Source of the DNA: Microthyrium microscopicum
Lineage: Eukaryota
Length of the DNA: 64,000 bases
Assembly (NCBI GenBank): GCA_010405405.1
Contig: MU004230.1
Coordinates: 3,506,627 to 3,570,626, forward strand
Reading direction: 5' to 3'
The notes beneath the pieces were generated by a model that saw nothing but the letters and a program-made list of their open reading frames with translations, did no database searches and was not told where the DNA came from. Position 1 is the first letter of the stretch, and every line of letters begins with the position of its first letter. Both the position numbers and the translations under genes were made by a program. Shown piece after piece: positions 61,493 to 64,000 of this stretch.

Positions 61493-62655
61493 TAGTACAT
61501 TTCCTGGTAACATGCGACTTCGGTTTTGCATCCGTTTCCGCCCTCGTCCGCCTCTGTCTTGGAAAGCGCAACAACACCCGTTACTGTCCAGGGCTAGTCG
61601 ATGCGCTCTAGCTACTATAAGTCTGGTGGCTTCGGATTGTGCGGAGGCCACTTATGCCATGTATGTCCTAGCGCTTTTCAAAATTGATGACGACAGGCCT
61701 TCCTTCCATTACCCAGTCATTGATCCAGAGGTCAAAAGGTTCAAGACCCATGGGTCGTACTCGCAAGACTTGTTCCCACGAGGCGATGTCTTTGTGCATG
61801 CATGTATTGGTGACTAGGAACTGTTTTACAGAATCTGGCAACGCGACACACAGGCGCGCGTCGCTCGTCCATCGTCAGCTGCAGAATCGTGTCACTGCCG
61901 AGGCGCTTATAACAGTACCAAGACTCAAGAGTAGCATGTCCTCAAACATGTACCTACGACTAATACCTAGCAGTAGCACGTTCTGTGACTGGGAACCGAT
62001 CACCATTTGTTTGATGCTGACTATTTAAACTCAAAACTTTGTTCTCTTATCACCAACTAGGTACATAGTACAGTAAGCAGATACCTATCATAACCCGTGG
62101 GACGCGTTTCCTGGGAGCAACCGCGGGCATGGTTCGTTCCACATACCATTTTGCTCGTGTCTCCGAAAAAATCTAGCGCCATCAGTCGTCACGCTAGATA
62201 TATATATAGCTATAAGCTCGCGAACCTCGTGCTGTTGAAGCTTGGGCCAAGGCGAGAATTTATGAGCTGGTCTCTACCAGCTTGGGTGGAGACATCTGAG
62301 ATCCATTGTGGAGAGCTAAATGGCGTACTGCTATCGTCCGTAAAGCTCGCGACAAAACATATCGAACAAGAAGGTTGAGATACCTCAGCACGATGGAAAC
62401 ATTGAATGTTATTCTTTACGCATTCAATCTGCTTATCTAGAGCACATCCATAAAAAATTGTTCATAAGTAATCATTTGCAAATACTGGTATCATATAATG
62501 TACAAGCCGCTATATAGGTCTGAACCCCCATCAATTGTTCTAGTAGCTTTTCATATGCAAGTCTCGTAGCTTCCCCGGATGCGAATTATGCGATCTCTGT
62601 AAGCCGAGCCGCATTTGCCAATACCTGTGCTCCTTGAATGCATGGATTTCATATC

Positions 62656-63834
62656 TCATTTGTTCATCAACTGAATCGCCCGCTTTGCGCGAAGACACTT
62701 TAGCTTCAGAACCTTGGCAGCTTCGACAAAGAGATCGTTACTGGTAAATTGACCCGTTGACTCGATCTTGAAGATGAAGTGATCTTGAATTCTTCCCAGA
62801 CGAACCTTGTCCGTGAACTCTGGATGCCGAAGACATTCTCTCGTCACTGGATCTTTCATGGCATCAGCCACCACCGCGTACTTTTCGCCTTCGTGTCCTG
62901 CATATGGCGAGTTCTCATCTTCGGCCTGTTCCTCCGTGACTGGTTTTAACGAGATGACTCCTTCGGGAAAGCATCTAGCGAACTTGCTCGCATCTGCGCC
63001 AATGATTGGCTTTATTATATCTATCTTTGGCATCAGCCGGTAGGAAGCAGTAGCGCAAGGAGAGAATTTGGCGTGATCAGCGCCAATGCCTTTGACAGCG
63101 TGTGTTTTGATCTTAATGACCTGGCCAGGACGTAGCTTTGCGATGAGAAGTTCGGGGTGCATTGGAAACACTGGTGATGGTATTCCCCTGTCGTTGCTCG
63201 CGTTGACGAAAGGCATTTGTCGATTGACAGGCTTAAACACAAAGTCGCGTGCGTACACTAATGTATTTCGTTAGTCGGGATAGATTTGATGAAGTACTTC
63301 TGTATTACCATGCGCATTCTTGTATAGTTTTCTCGGGTCTCGCTCTCCTGCCTTCTTGTATTTGTCTTTTCCGTCTTCGAACCACTCGCAGTTGACTTCT
63401 AGATCTAGTTGGATGGTATTGTAATCTCTCGGTTGGCCTTTGGCGGGTGCCCATTTGAGCCATTTGAACAGGTCATCATCAATCTTGAATGGTATAAGGC
63501 CCATCCGTTGTGCTAGGACTTCATCTTGGATGACGGAGGTATTGTTCGAGATGTAGACGTCTTCGATGGCAATTGTAGGGACTTCGGCGATAAGGATGCG
63601 ACGAAAGGCATTGGCGATTGGCGCACTTAGGCCTATCAAGGAGAAAGATGAAACGAAAGCTTTGGTCTCGTGAAATTCGACTTGGAATGAATCTCTAAAC
63701 TTGTCGATATTCCATGAGTGGTCTTCGCCAGGGTAGACGCCCGGGTAATCGGTGGCGCTGGTGTTTTTGATGGTCTCCGCGGTGAATTCGACAAAACGTC
63801 GTTTCGCAAGCTCGGCTTCAGAGGGTTGTGTCAT
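62656..63834 (-). CDS. RPC40: RNA polymerase I/III shared subunit AC1 (Rpc40)
   Basis: IANAFRRILIAEVPTIAIEDVYISNNTSVIQDEVLAQRMGLIP, LIAKLRPGQ, KGIGADHAKFSPCATASYRLMP, DHFIFKIESTG; one intron at ~63258-63308. Confidence 0.96.
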
Positions 63835-64000
63835 GGCGGGTTATATGGGAAGCATAATTGTTGGTGTGAGTGTTCAAGAACTTTTCTTCGAAATAATTTT
63901 TGGAGCTCTAAAAAGTACGCCCCACCATCGAAGCTAGCTTAGGGGGTGCTGTTATTATGCCGCTGAGCTTTCATGTCCCATGTTATTGTGCAGAGGTGCT

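Noticed and set aside
61026..62378. Short ORFs around the MITE
   Set aside because: No recognisable domains; one overlaps the MITE itself.
1..64000. CRISPR arrays, rRNA genes, secondary-metabolite backbone genes
   Set aside because: No repeat-spacer arrays, 5S/rDNA sequence or PKS/NRPS motifs were seen.

Overview
Intron-containing genomic DNA from a filamentous ascomycete: short ~50-nt GT..CTAAC/CTGAC..AG introns and heavily RIP-mutated repeats. 1-21 kb holds conserved housekeeping genes (SEC66, a DUF3844 protein, RRP45, mitochondrial mL46/MRPL17, DRS2 flippase, a large disordered protein) plus one small secreted Cys-rich protein. 22-40 kb is accessory-like: a decaying Thr-rich secreted gene, an SDR, a membrane protein, a secreted PHM/DBM-like copper protein, an intron-rich secretory lipase and an orphan ORF. 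The most striking item is a tRNA-Ser(GCT) gene in three pieces (36494-36530, 37951-37966, 38014-38041). A RIP-killed Tc1/IS630-type transposon sits in its canonical anticodon intron, and a 47-nt spliceosomal-type intron (GTATGT..CTAAC..TAG) sits in its variable arm; exact removal of that intron restores a TCC-TTCG-GGA arm. Further right are a Skg3/Caf120-like PH gene, a complete ~16-kb RIP-mutated Ty3/Gypsy element (242-bp LTRs, 4-bp TSD, ~5 kb extra internal DNA), an un-RIPed 147-bp MITE, and RPC40. Family assignments are from motif recognition only; no searches were run.
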